NCBI GenBank assembly: GCA_016209985.1
Contig: JACQVB010000226.1
Span: 1-61,215, forward strand
DNA from: Gemmatimonadota bacterium
Lineage (GTDB): Bacteria > Gemmatimonadota > Gemmatimonadetes > Gemmatimonadales > GWC2-71-9
Direction of reading: 5' to 3'
DNA: 61,215 nucleotides
Part shown: one piece after another, positions 9,144 through 17,916 of the stretch
How positions within the stretch are numbered: position 1 is the stretch's first letter
Layout: each line of letters starts with the position of its first letter
Notes under the pieces: model-generated
Seen by the model: only the letters and a program-made list of their open reading frames with translations
What the model was told of the DNA's origin: nothing
Database searches by the model: none
Program-made: the position numbers and the translations under genes

Positions 9144-10219
9144 GTGACCGGATCAACGACCGACCGATAGACTGCCAGCGTGTCGGCCGCGACCTGATCC
9201 CAGGTTCGATGCAACGCGATCGCGCGGCCCGCTTCCGCCAGGCGCCGCCGCATGTTTTGGTCGTCGCGCGCAACCCGTAGGGCGGCCGCAGTCCCCTCAT
9301 CGTCGGCACCCACGATCCAGCCCGACCGGCCATTCTCCATCAAATCGGCGATTCCAGCCTCCCGGGAAACGATCACCGGCACCCCGTAGGCCAACGCCTC
9401 ACCGACGACCATGGCGAACGTGTCGTAGATCGTGGGGTGCAAGAGGACGTCGGCCGCCGCGAACGCGACCCGCATGTCCGCCAAACCTCCGGCCCAGCGG
9501 ACTCGCTCGGTGATTCCCAGCGCGTGGGCCCTCGCAAGGTACTGCCCGCTGGCGGAGGTGCTCGCGACCAGCAACTGCACGCTCGGCGTCCCCGCGACCG
9601 CGCGGGCGGCGGCATCGAATCCCTTCCGTGCGTCTCCCGCATACAGCGCAACGAATGCGTCGGCTGGAAGGCCGAGTTGCCTTCGCGCCTCGGCCCGGTC
9701 GGGCAAGGGCGTGGCACCCGGAAAGCCGTGATGGATCACGGTTACCCCTACGGTCCGGCCATAGTACGACGCGATGTCGGCAGCCGCGCGCCGGCTGGGA
9801 GCGATGACGGCCCGGGCCTGACGAACCAACGCGCGCTCGCGGGCGGTGACGAACCCGCCCAGCACCCGTTCACCGATCGGGGCGATCACACCGGCCTGCC
9901 TGGCCGCGTCTCTCCACGCGTCCAGCACGATGTGGGTCGTCACTACATCCGCGGCTCGCGTCACCCAGCCTTGAGCGTGGACCACGTCATGCCGCTTCCG
10001 GACCGCGGCGAAGGCCGCGGGGAAGGTCATGATCGTGGCATAGGCGCGGCCCCGCAACGCCGGTACCTGCACCATGCGGACGCCGTCAACCGTAGTGGAC
10101 CATTCGGAGGCGTACACGGTGACTTGGTGCTCGCGGGCGAATCGCCTCGAAAGCTCGACGACATACCCACCCGTTCCGGAGGCCGGATCGAAATTGTGAA
10201 CGACGAGGGCGATGTCCAC
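9140..10219 (-). CDS. Glycosyltransferase family 4
   Basis: RKG and YDTFAMVVGEALAYGVPV motifs (WaaG-like). Confidence 0.88.
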   Translation of the reverse strand: MDIALVVHNFDPASGTGGYVVELSRRFAREHQVTVYASEWSTTVDGVRMVQVPALRGRAYATIMTFPAAFAAVRKRHDVVHAQGWVTRAADVVTTHIVLDAWRDAARQAGVIAPIGERVLGGFVTARERALVRQARAVIAPSRRAAADIASYYGRTVGVTVIHHGFPGATPLPDRAEARRQLGLPADAFVALYAGDARKGFDAAARAVAGTPSVQLLVASTSASGQYLARAHALGITERVRWAGGLADMRVAFAAADVLLHPTIYDTFAMVVGEALAYGVPVIVSREAGIADLMENGRSGWIVGADDEGTAAALRVARDDQNMRRRLAEAGRAIALHRTWDQVAADTLAVYRSVVDPVT

Positions 10220-10238
10220 CCCTATCCCCGCCCCTGAA

Positions 10239-10351
10239 AGGCGTGAAGAGGGAAGAGTGAAGAGGGAAGCGCACTGCTTTCGCAGCCGTCTTCACGGTGA
10301 TGGTGGCGTGGTCTCACTCTTCCCTCTTGACTCTACACTCTCCACTCTTTT
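10239..10351. repeat. 7-mer (GTGAAGA-type) inverted pair; right arm translated as a methyltransferase C-terminus
   Basis: aggcgtgaagagggaagagtgaagagggaagcg ... cactcttccctcttgactctacactctccactctttt. Confidence 0.85.
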
Positions 10352-11113
10352 CCCCACGAACCACACTTGGCTGGATAGCTGCGGCGGCAGCCACCGCACC
10401 GGCGACGCTCCCATCCATTCTAGGGCGAGCCGCGAGGCGAGTTTTTCCCGCAGCACCATCCAGTTGAATCCCTTGTGATCGTGAAACGTGCTGCCGTCGG
10501 CGGCCCGATGCTGCACCCGGCGCACGTGGGGGCGCGCACCCGCGAAGACGCCGGCCGCCAGCTCGGACCAGGTGTACGGGGTCGTGCCAGGATAGTGGCC
10601 GATGCCGCGCCACCCGGCAATCCGCCGCACCGTCTGTTTGACCAGCAAGGGGAGTCCGGTTTCCACCGGAACGCTGATCAGCAAGCGGCCGCCGGGCGCC
10701 AGTAACGCCGTCAGCTGGTCCAGTACCTCGTCGATTCTTACCACATGCTCGAGGACCTCCATGCAGGAGACCATATCATAGGCGCCACGGTGTTCGGGTT
10801 GCTCGAGCTCGGAAATCAGAACGAAGGAGAGATTCGGGATGCCACCCAGCCGCGTGCGGCAGTCGGTGACCAGGTCCGGGGTGATCTCCGCCCCCACCGC
10901 GTGCCGGGGCGGACTGGTTCCGCGCATGAGCAGTGCCAGAAATGTTCCATCGCCGCAGCCGTAGTCGAGCACGCGTGCGGCGTCAAACCGGCGCGCGATC
11001 TCCAGCGCCATCTCGAAACGGCGCCGGTGACTCCAGGCAATCAGCCAGCTCCGGCTGAAGATCTGTTTCGCCGCGTAATGGCCTTGAGCGATCGGATCGG
11101 ACTTTTCGCTCAT
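10292..11113 (-). CDS. Class I SAM-dependent methyltransferase
   Basis: VLDYGCGDG, MEVLEHV and LAPGGRLLISVP; start reassigned to ATG 11113. Confidence 0.88.
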   Translation of the reverse strand: MSEKSDPIAQGHYAAKQIFSRSWLIAWSHRRRFEMALEIARRFDAARVLDYGCGDGTFLALLMRGTSPPRHAVGAEITPDLVTDCRTRLGGIPNLSFVLISELEQPEHRGAYDMVSCMEVLEHVVRIDEVLDQLTALLAPGGRLLISVPVETGLPLLVKQTVRRIAGWRGIGHYPGTTPYTWSELAAGVFAGARPHVRRVQHRAADGSTFHDHKGFNWMVLREKLASRLALEWMGASPVRWLPPQLSSQVWFVGKRVESVESRGKSETTPPSP

Positions 11114-11117
11114 GTTA

Positions 11118-11223
11118 CGTGAGCCGTAAGCAGTGAGCCGGGAGGCCACGGACGGCACCGGCCGCTGGGTAACGACGGAAACATGTTCCAGCTCCCCGGC
11201 TCACGGCTCACGGCTCAGGCTCA
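11118..11223. repeat. 7-mer (GTGAGCC) inverted pair
   Basis: cgtgagccgtaagcagtgagccgggag ... ctccccggctcacggctcacggctcaggctca; contains the GT stop codon. Confidence 0.85.
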
Positions 11224-12379
11224 ATGCCTTTTCCAGTTGATCGAACACGATTGCGCGTTCATATCGCTGCTTCACCATCTCCCGGCCTGCGGCTGCCCGT
11301 CGCGCTGCCTCGTTCCGGTCGTCGAGGGCCGCTGAGACTTGCCGCGCCAATGCCTCCGCGTCGCCCACCGGATACGTCCACCCCGTCTTCCCTTCGATGA
11401 TCGTTTCTCGGAGACCTCCGACCGCGGCAGCGACCACCGGGGTGCCGCAGGCCAGGGCCTCGAGCGGCGAGAAGCCGAGTCCTTCTTCCCGGCTCGCCTG
11501 GACCAGCAGGTCGGAGGTCTGATAATCCAGCGGCAGCTCGTGCACCGGATGAACCGCGTCGGTGGCGATGACCCGCTCGGCCACTCCGGCCGCCCGGGCT
11601 GATTCGAGAAACGCGCGATATCCGCCGCTGCGATGGAGCAGCCAGAGATCCCGGCCGGAATCGAGCAGTTGGCGCGCGGCCAAGAGCAGCGTGTCGGCGT
11701 CTTTCTCCGGCGCTACCCGACTGCTGAAGAACACCACTGCCCCCTGGGGGGGAAGGCCGCGCCGTTTGCGGAGCTCGGCTTTGGATTGGGTGGCGGGGTG
11801 GAATATCGCAGTATCCACACCGTAGACGGGAATGACGTCGATTCGGGCGGCGGTGCCGTGCCCGCGAACGACCTCTGCGAGATGATGACTGAGGACGATG
11901 TAGTGTCTCGCGAGCCGCGCATTGGCGCGGGCGAGTAGCTGGAGGCCCAGCATCTCCGAGCGGTAGTAGCGCTTCGCGGGCCCCGGATGATGCCGGCGCT
12001 GGGCGTAGTAGCGTTCGACGGGGCTGCAGACGAGCAGGGCGGCGGAAATTCCGGACCGTCGCGCGGCGAGGTTCGCCGCCAGTGCCGCCGGACCGTATCC
12101 CTGGGCCAGTACGGCGTCGAAGCACCCTCGACGTGCCACTTCGCCCCACACCCGGCGCGCGAACCCGGCCCGAGAGCCGGGTCCGGTGATGACTGCTGCC
12201 GCTCCTTCGGGCGTCCGGCTGATCTCGACACCGCCCGCGATCCGCCGCGCCAGCACGGTGAGATCGAACCGCTGGGCCAGGCCGTTGACCAGGCGTACAT
12301 CGGTCCCGCTCTCCACTACGAAGCAGAGACGGAGACGACTCACGAGGCCCAGGGAAGAGGGAAGAGTACGGCTTGTCAT
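11201..12379 (-). CDS. Glycosyltransferase family 4
   Basis: SRVAPEKD and EGLGFSPLEALACGTPVV; start reassigned to ATG 12379, overlapping the upstream TAA. Confidence 0.88.
   Translation of the reverse strand: MTSRTLPSSLGLVSRLRLCFVVESGTDVRLVNGLAQRFDLTVLARRIAGGVEISRTPEGAAAVITGPGSRAGFARRVWGEVARRGCFDAVLAQGYGPAALAANLAARRSGISAALLVCSPVERYYAQRRHHPGPAKRYYRSEMLGLQLLARANARLARHYIVLSHHLAEVVRGHGTAARIDVIPVYGVDTAIFHPATQSKAELRKRRGLPPQGAVVFFSSRVAPEKDADTLLLAARQLLDSGRDLWLLHRSGGYRAFLESARAAGVAERVIATDAVHPVHELPLDYQTSDLLVQASREEGLGFSPLEALACGTPVVAAAVGGLRETIIEGKTGWTYPVGDAEALARQVSAALDDRNEAARRAAAGREMVKQRYERAIVFDQLEKALSLSREP
12351..12370. repeat. Short GGGAAGA-type arm in frame at a GT N-terminus
   Basis: agggaagagggaagagtacg encodes RTLPSSL; TLPSSL also occurs in the rsmA insert. 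Confidence 0.6.
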
Positions 12380-12969
12380 TAGCCGACGCGGCGCAACACG
12401 GTCAGGCTGTCCACCGCATCGACTTCGGTAAACCGTGGGTCTTTGAGGATGACCTCGCGGGTGAACCGGACGCTGCCCGCTTTCTCGATATCGCGTTCCG
12501 GAGTCGAGCGACTGTCGTGCAGGGCAATCACTCCGCCGGGCTCCACCAGTCCGTTCCACGCTTCCCAATCTTCCCGCAGGCCAACGTAGGTGTGGTCTCC
12601 ATCGATGAACACGAAATCCACCGGAGCTTCCTTGAGCATCACGAAAGCACGGCCGGCCTCGGCGCCGGTCGAGCGGAGCCAGCGCACATGCCCGTTTTTC
12701 GATTTGCGGACCTCGCGCCGGGCGATGTAGCGCTGCGCGCTGAATCCCAGCCGGCCGGCCGGATACGGGTCGACCGCGAAGATCTGTCCCTCGCTCGCCA
12801 TCGCGGCGCGCAGGCGGCTGGTGGTGACGCCGTGCCAGACTCCGATCTCGACCAATCGCTGCCGCCCCGCTGCGTGCCGCGCCAGACAATCGCGTTCCGC
12901 TTCGGTGGTCTGGGTCTCGGCTCGAGCGAGCCCGAGACGCCAGAGCAGGAAGTGGGGCAGGACTCTCAC
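12379..12969 (-). CDS. Class I SAM methyltransferase (Methyltransf_24-like)
   Basis: LVEIGVWHG, VDFVFIDGDHTY and PGGVIALHD; GTGA overlap at the start. Confidence 0.88.
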   Translation of the reverse strand: MRVLPHFLLWRLGLARAETQTTEAERDCLARHAAGRQRLVEIGVWHGVTTSRLRAAMASEGQIFAVDPYPAGRLGFSAQRYIARREVRKSKNGHVRWLRSTGAEAGRAFVMLKEAPVDFVFIDGDHTYVGLREDWEAWNGLVEPGGVIALHDSRSTPERDIEKAGSVRFTREVILKDPRFTEVDAVDSLTVLRRVG

Positions 12970-13682
12970 AGCTTGGTGGCCTCGACCAGCGAGTGGAGCG
13001 CCAGCCAGCGGGTGAAGCTTCGCGCGCCGTCCCAGGATCGGAGCCGGATCGGGGCGCGTCCGGGAATGGGCAGGTAATGCCCGACGCCGTCGATGGCAGA
13101 GACCTCGAGGCCCGCTCGCTTGACCCAGGCGATGGTGCGCGGAAGCATGGTCACCTGATTGATGGGCTGGCCTTCTTCCGTGTACCGGCGACCGCGAAGG
13201 CGCGCGTAGATCCGGTAGAGACCCATAGATCCCAGATAGTTCGGGGTCGTGAGCAACAGCCTGCCGCCGGACTTGAGCACCCGTGCCATCTCGCGCACGG
13301 CGCGGGGCGGATCGGGCACGTGCTCGATGGTCTCGCAGGAAATGACGGTGTCGAACGTCCCATCCGGATGCCCGATCCGCTGGATGTCTTCGACCTCCCA
13401 CTGCACACCCCGCACTCCACGCTCCCGGGCAAACGCTCGAGCCCGTTGGACAGCCGCCGGAGAGAAATCGGCGCCGGCGAGACGGAGCGGCGGTCGCGGT
13501 AATCCGGCGAGCCAGCAGGCAAACCCCCCTCGGCCGCAACCAATTTCCAGGACCCGCTTTCCTGCGATATCGCGCTCGAGGACGAGACGCTCTCGAACGA
13601 GGTCGTGCCAGGGCGTGTCCGCCCCGGCATCGACCGGGAACTGGTCGTGCCAGGCGTCGTAATCATCCCGCCAGTTGTTCAT
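12966..13682 (-). CDS. Class I SAM methyltransferase
   Basis: VLEIGCGRG, ETIEHV and VLKSGGRLLLTTPN. Confidence 0.88.
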   Translation of the reverse strand: MNNWRDDYDAWHDQFPVDAGADTPWHDLVRERLVLERDIAGKRVLEIGCGRGGFACWLAGLPRPPLRLAGADFSPAAVQRARAFARERGVRGVQWEVEDIQRIGHPDGTFDTVISCETIEHVPDPPRAVREMARVLKSGGRLLLTTPNYLGSMGLYRIYARLRGRRYTEEGQPINQVTMLPRTIAWVKRAGLEVSAIDGVGHYLPIPGRAPIRLRSWDGARSFTRWLALHSLVEATKL

Positions 13683-14799
13683 AGACCTCAATCACGGGCT
13701 CGGCAACGAGGTCCCAAGTGTATCGCTCGCGCGCGACGGCCTGGGCCGCGCGACCCAGCCGCCCACGGTCGTCCGCGTGATCCAGCAGTCGGCTCACGGC
13801 CGCCACGATCGCGTCGGGAGAACGCCGCGGTACCAACAACCCGGTGCGGTCGTGCTGAATCACGTCTTTCATGCCGCAGGTGTCGGTCGTGACGATGGGC
13901 AGCCCACTCATCATCGCTTCCATCAGCGTGAGGGGCGTACCCTCGAAGAGGCTGGGCAGGACGTACAGGTCTGCCCCCGCATACACCGCGGCCGTTTCCG
14001 CATCGGTCTTCGTGTCCCAGAAAGAGATGCGGGAGCGCAAGGCCACAGGAAATGCTTCCCGGACTACGTCCGGCGAGACGCCGCCGCCGGCCACGGTGAG
14101 CTCGAGGTCCGGACGCTGCTGAGCGAGGCGGACGAACGCCGGCACCAGATCTTCGATGCCCTTGTTCTTTCGCCAGGTTCCGGCGAACAGGATCCGCGTG
14201 ACCGCCCGGTAATTCCGGTCTGATGCGCGGTCGGCAAAAATGGATGCGGCGCCGGGATCGATCCGGGTGATGCGCTCGCGTGGTACGCCCAGGCGCTGGG
14301 TGAGATAGTCGCGATCCTCGTTGCTCAGGCAAAAAATCCGATCGGCCCGCCGCAGCCCGAGCTGAGACTGCCACAAACTGGTGAGGGGATAGATGAGGCG
14401 GGTGGCCCATCCCGGGCCGTCGCGCCCCAGTCGCTTCTCTTCCAGCGCCAGGTCCCACGCCCGGCGTTCGACCCCATGACTGGTCACGACCACCGCCGGT
14501 TTCCCCGATCCCGATCGTCCGGCCGCGACCGCGGCCGAGCTGGGCTCATGCACGTTCACGATGTCGTAGGCGCGGCCCGCGCGGCTCGCTTCCGCCACCT
14601 TGCGACGAACCAGCAGGGGAAAAGAGAATCGGGCCCATCGGCCCTGGGCTGCGCGCCCGGCATGCTCGGAGCAGAGATACTCGACCCGATGCCCCCGCCG
14701 CTCCACCCGGTCGTGAATCATCCGCATGATGCGACTCATGCCGCCCGGCCGGTCGCAACGAACGTTATGTGCGACCAGAATGCGGAGCGCGCGACTCAT
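13663..14799 (-). CDS. Glycosyltransferase family 4
   Basis: KNKGI and EGTPLTLMEAMMSGLPIV. Confidence 0.9.
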   Translation of the reverse strand: MSRALRILVAHNVRCDRPGGMSRIMRMIHDRVERRGHRVEYLCSEHAGRAAQGRWARFSFPLLVRRKVAEASRAGRAYDIVNVHEPSSAAVAAGRSGSGKPAVVVTSHGVERRAWDLALEEKRLGRDGPGWATRLIYPLTSLWQSQLGLRRADRIFCLSNEDRDYLTQRLGVPRERITRIDPGAASIFADRASDRNYRAVTRILFAGTWRKNKGIEDLVPAFVRLAQQRPDLELTVAGGGVSPDVVREAFPVALRSRISFWDTKTDAETAAVYAGADLYVLPSLFEGTPLTLMEAMMSGLPIVTTDTCGMKDVIQHDRTGLLVPRRSPDAIVAAVSRLLDHADDRGRLGRAAQAVARERYTWDLVAEPVIEVYEQLAG

Positions 14800-16013
14800 T
14801 CCGCGCTACCCGCGGCGCGCTCCAGGATAGGCAAGAGATCGGCGAGGTGACCCGCCATCGTATAGCGCCGGGCAGCGGCGAGCGCGCCTTGGCGGAGACG
14901 GGTGTGTACCGACGGGTCGCGCAGACAACGCACGATGGCCTCGGCAAGTTCGGTGGCCCGGGGCGGGTCGGCCGGGGCGGTGAAACCGTTGACACCGTCT
15001 TCCAGCCAGTCGGGGATCCCGCCCGAAGCGAACGCCGCCACCGGAACGCCGCGCAATCCTGCCTCCGGCCCCACCTGTCCGAACGGCTCGGGCCAGATGC
15101 TGGGAAAGACCAGCAGGTCCGCGGATGCGAGGACGGCGTCGAGCGCGGTTCGCTCGAGCCAACCGGTAAAATTGATGGAGATGTCGTGATCCTCGACCTC
15201 CAAGCGCACTGCCAGGCGCTCCCATTCGGCCCGTTGAGGGCCATCGCCGGCAAACGTCACCTCGATGGGCGCGTTGAGGTCTCGCCGGACATGGGGCAGT
15301 GCGTCGATCAGAAACTGGCCACCCTTGAGGTGATTCATGCGGCCCGTGAAAACCAGCCGCCAGGCACCGCGTCTTTCCGTTGGTTGAGCAGCCGGGGACG
15401 CCTCCTCCGCGCCGGCCACGGGATACCTCACCCGATGAACGCACTCGGGTGAGAAATCGTGTCGCAGATACTCGTGCTGCATCCTCCGCGAATGCGTGAC
15501 GATCGCGGCATATCGGGAAAGGAGACCAAGTCGCGCGCCCTGCAGGCGGTATTGGCGTGCCATGACGAACGGGTTGAGACCCCCGCAGCGATGCGGATAA
15601 AAATGCACCAGGCAGGGCCACCCGAACCGCCGGCGGCAGGGGTGCACCACGGGGAACTTCCAGGTCTTGTCGCCGCTGATGCAGGTGCCGTAGAAGCCGT
15701 GCGCAAAAAACACGGCTGGCGCCATGTCCAGGACTCTCCGCTCGAGACGCGGTTCGAGAATCCCGTGGCAGTAGAGCAGGTCGGGTGCCCATTCGCGAAG
15801 CGCCGATAGGGATTTGTCGGGCCCCATCGCTTCGGCGCCAAACGTCGGAGCACCGTTTTCCGGAACGATGAGCTCGCGCGCTACCGGGCGGTCGAGCTCG
15901 TGCCACATCGCGACCGAATGTCCTGCGTTTTCCAATGCAGGTATGACCGCGGCGAGATAGTACTCGGCGCCGCCAGCGCGGCGCCGGCTCCAGTTGGCGA
16001 CCGCGATTCTCAT
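14796..16013 (-). CDS. Glycosyltransferase family 4
   Basis: GGAEYY, GRMNHLKG and EPFGQVGPEAGLRGVPV. Confidence 0.9.
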   Translation of the reverse strand: MRIAVANWSRRRAGGAEYYLAAVIPALENAGHSVAMWHELDRPVARELIVPENGAPTFGAEAMGPDKSLSALREWAPDLLYCHGILEPRLERRVLDMAPAVFFAHGFYGTCISGDKTWKFPVVHPCRRRFGWPCLVHFYPHRCGGLNPFVMARQYRLQGARLGLLSRYAAIVTHSRRMQHEYLRHDFSPECVHRVRYPVAGAEEASPAAQPTERRGAWRLVFTGRMNHLKGGQFLIDALPHVRRDLNAPIEVTFAGDGPQRAEWERLAVRLEVEDHDISINFTGWLERTALDAVLASADLLVFPSIWPEPFGQVGPEAGLRGVPVAAFASGGIPDWLEDGVNGFTAPADPPRATELAEAIVRCLRDPSVHTRLRQGALAAARRYTMAGHLADLLPILERAAGSAE

Positions 16014-16837
16014 GGTTGCGGTCTCAGCCAGACGTGGGCGTGGCTGGCGAGCGGGTCGCGTTCTCCCGACAGCGATTCGGGCACGACGCCCAACTCCTTG
16101 AAGAGCGCTTCCGCGTCGGCGCGTGATGTGCCCGCCACCTCCCAGGCATCGGGATGCATTTCCACGATCACACCGACCCGCCGACCCCGTTGGGCGATCG
16201 TGCGCCGCGCGCCGGAGAGTGCCGCGATCTCAAAGCCCTCGATGTCCAGAAACAGCCAGTCGGGATCCAGAGCACGAGACTCACAAAGATCGTCCAGGGT
16301 GATGACTGGAACGCTGATCGGGATGGTGCGACCTTCGAGCGCCGGGTTCGGCGCGCCGAGCCGGCTCATCCCATCGGTGTCTGCCGCGAACAAGGCCGCT
16401 TCGCCCGCCTCCGCTCCCACCGCCGCTGCGACGACCTCGATCCTGGGCCCGAGTCCATTCAGGCGGACATGCTTTTCCAATACGGTTCGGGCGCCAGGAT
16501 TCGGCTCGACGGCGATGACGCGACCGTCGGGGCGGGTCCAATGAGCGAATTGGAGCACATATACGCCCACATTGGCACCGACATCGATTGCCGTCTGTCC
16601 CGGCCGGACCCTCGCCGACAGCCATTGCGCCACGCGCGCGTCGTAGGCGCCCCCCATCTGGTGACGGTGCCTCGGGTCGACCCGATAGGTGACATCGTTG
16701 ATGGTCCACGGGATGCCGTGTCCTCCCGTGGTCCAGTCCAGGACCGTCTCGTACCATGGCCGGAAGAACCGGATGATTCCGGAATCGCGGCCCAGAAGGT
16801 CCGCCAGTGCGCGAGCACTTCGAGTCAGGACGCTCAC
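16010..16837 (-). CDS. FkbM family methyltransferase
   Basis: IDVGANVG, AVEPNP and DIEGFEIAALSG; GTGA overlap at the start. Confidence 0.9.
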   Translation of the reverse strand: MSVLTRSARALADLLGRDSGIIRFFRPWYETVLDWTTGGHGIPWTINDVTYRVDPRHRHQMGGAYDARVAQWLSARVRPGQTAIDVGANVGVYVLQFAHWTRPDGRVIAVEPNPGARTVLEKHVRLNGLGPRIEVVAAAVGAEAGEAALFAADTDGMSRLGAPNPALEGRTIPISVPVITLDDLCESRALDPDWLFLDIEGFEIAALSGARRTIAQRGRRVGVIVEMHPDAWEVAGTSRADAEALFKELGVVPESLSGERDPLASHAHVWLRPQP

Positions 16838-17916
16838 GAGCGGTAGATCGCCAGGCAGCGCCGCACCACGGCGGGCCAGGTGAAGCGCTCCAGTACGCGG
16901 CGCCGCCCGGCCGCTCCCATCGCGCGTGATTCCTCCGGGTGTTGGTGAATCCAGCGGAGTTTCTCCCCCAGCGCCGCCGGATCGTTGGGGGGAACCACGA
17001 ATCCGGTGCTGCCGGCTTCCACTACTTCCGGCATGCTGGCCACGTCGGTGCAGATGACCGGCACTCCGCAGGCCATCCCTTCCAGCAGCGTTTGCCCGAG
17101 CAATTCCGGTACCCGGGTGTCGTAACCGTGGACCGTGTGATAGACGCTCGGCAGAACCACGCACATGGCCCTTCGGTAGGCCCGAACCAGCGTGGCGTCA
17201 TCGGCGTCGTGAACGAACGTCACCCGTTTCCCCGACGCGAGACCGTGCAGCTCGGCGAGGTAGCGATCGTCGCCGGAACGACCGATGATTTCCAGGGCCA
17301 GGTCTGCGGGTAATCCTTCGATCAGGTAGTTGACTCCTTTGTGCGGCAGCACCCGACCGACGAAGAGCGCGGTGTCGGTGGGCGCGATGGCATCGCTGGG
17401 AGAGAACCTTGCCGCGTCGACCCCACCCAGAATGACGTGGGCGCGGGGATTCGCTTGGTGTCCGAAGATCTTGCGGCTGTATTCGCTGATGTGCAGGTGA
17501 CCGTGGTACCAGGTGTCGGTGGATACATACCCTGAAATATCCCAGCCCCCGCCGCCGAGGTCGGTCACGAACACGCGCCTCCCGGTCAGCCGTGCGTAGA
17601 TGGCCGAGAAGCTGCTGGCCAGCACGTGCTGCTGGTGGCAATGCACCACGTTCACGTCCCGCAGCGCGCCGACCAGCCGTAGAGAGATCGGATTTGAGCG
17701 CAGGCCCCGGATGTGCTTCGACCCGCCCAGCACGCGCACCCGAAGGTCGCCGTGCATCTCTCGACGCTCTTCCGGACCGAACGTCACCAGCTTGGTGGGG
17801 ACCTCCGCGGCCATGTGGCGCGCCAGCTCGAAGGCATACCGTTCGGCTCCGCCCACGATGCCGCCGCTCGCGCCGAACGGCGCGGGGACGACGTGTGCTA
17901 CCCGCAGCTCACGCAT
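16834..17916 (-). CDS. Glycosyltransferase family 4
   Basis: GGAERY, GRVLPHKG and ELLGQTLLEGMACGVPV. Confidence 0.9.
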   Translation of the reverse strand: MRELRVAHVVPAPFGASGGIVGGAERYAFELARHMAAEVPTKLVTFGPEERREMHGDLRVRVLGGSKHIRGLRSNPISLRLVGALRDVNVVHCHQQHVLASSFSAIYARLTGRRVFVTDLGGGGWDISGYVSTDTWYHGHLHISEYSRKIFGHQANPRAHVILGGVDAARFSPSDAIAPTDTALFVGRVLPHKGVNYLIEGLPADLALEIIGRSGDDRYLAELHGLASGKRVTFVHDADDATLVRAYRRAMCVVLPSVYHTVHGYDTRVPELLGQTLLEGMACGVPVICTDVASMPEVVEAGSTGFVVPPNDPAALGEKLRWIHQHPEESRAMGAAGRRRVLERFTWPAVVRRCLAIYRS

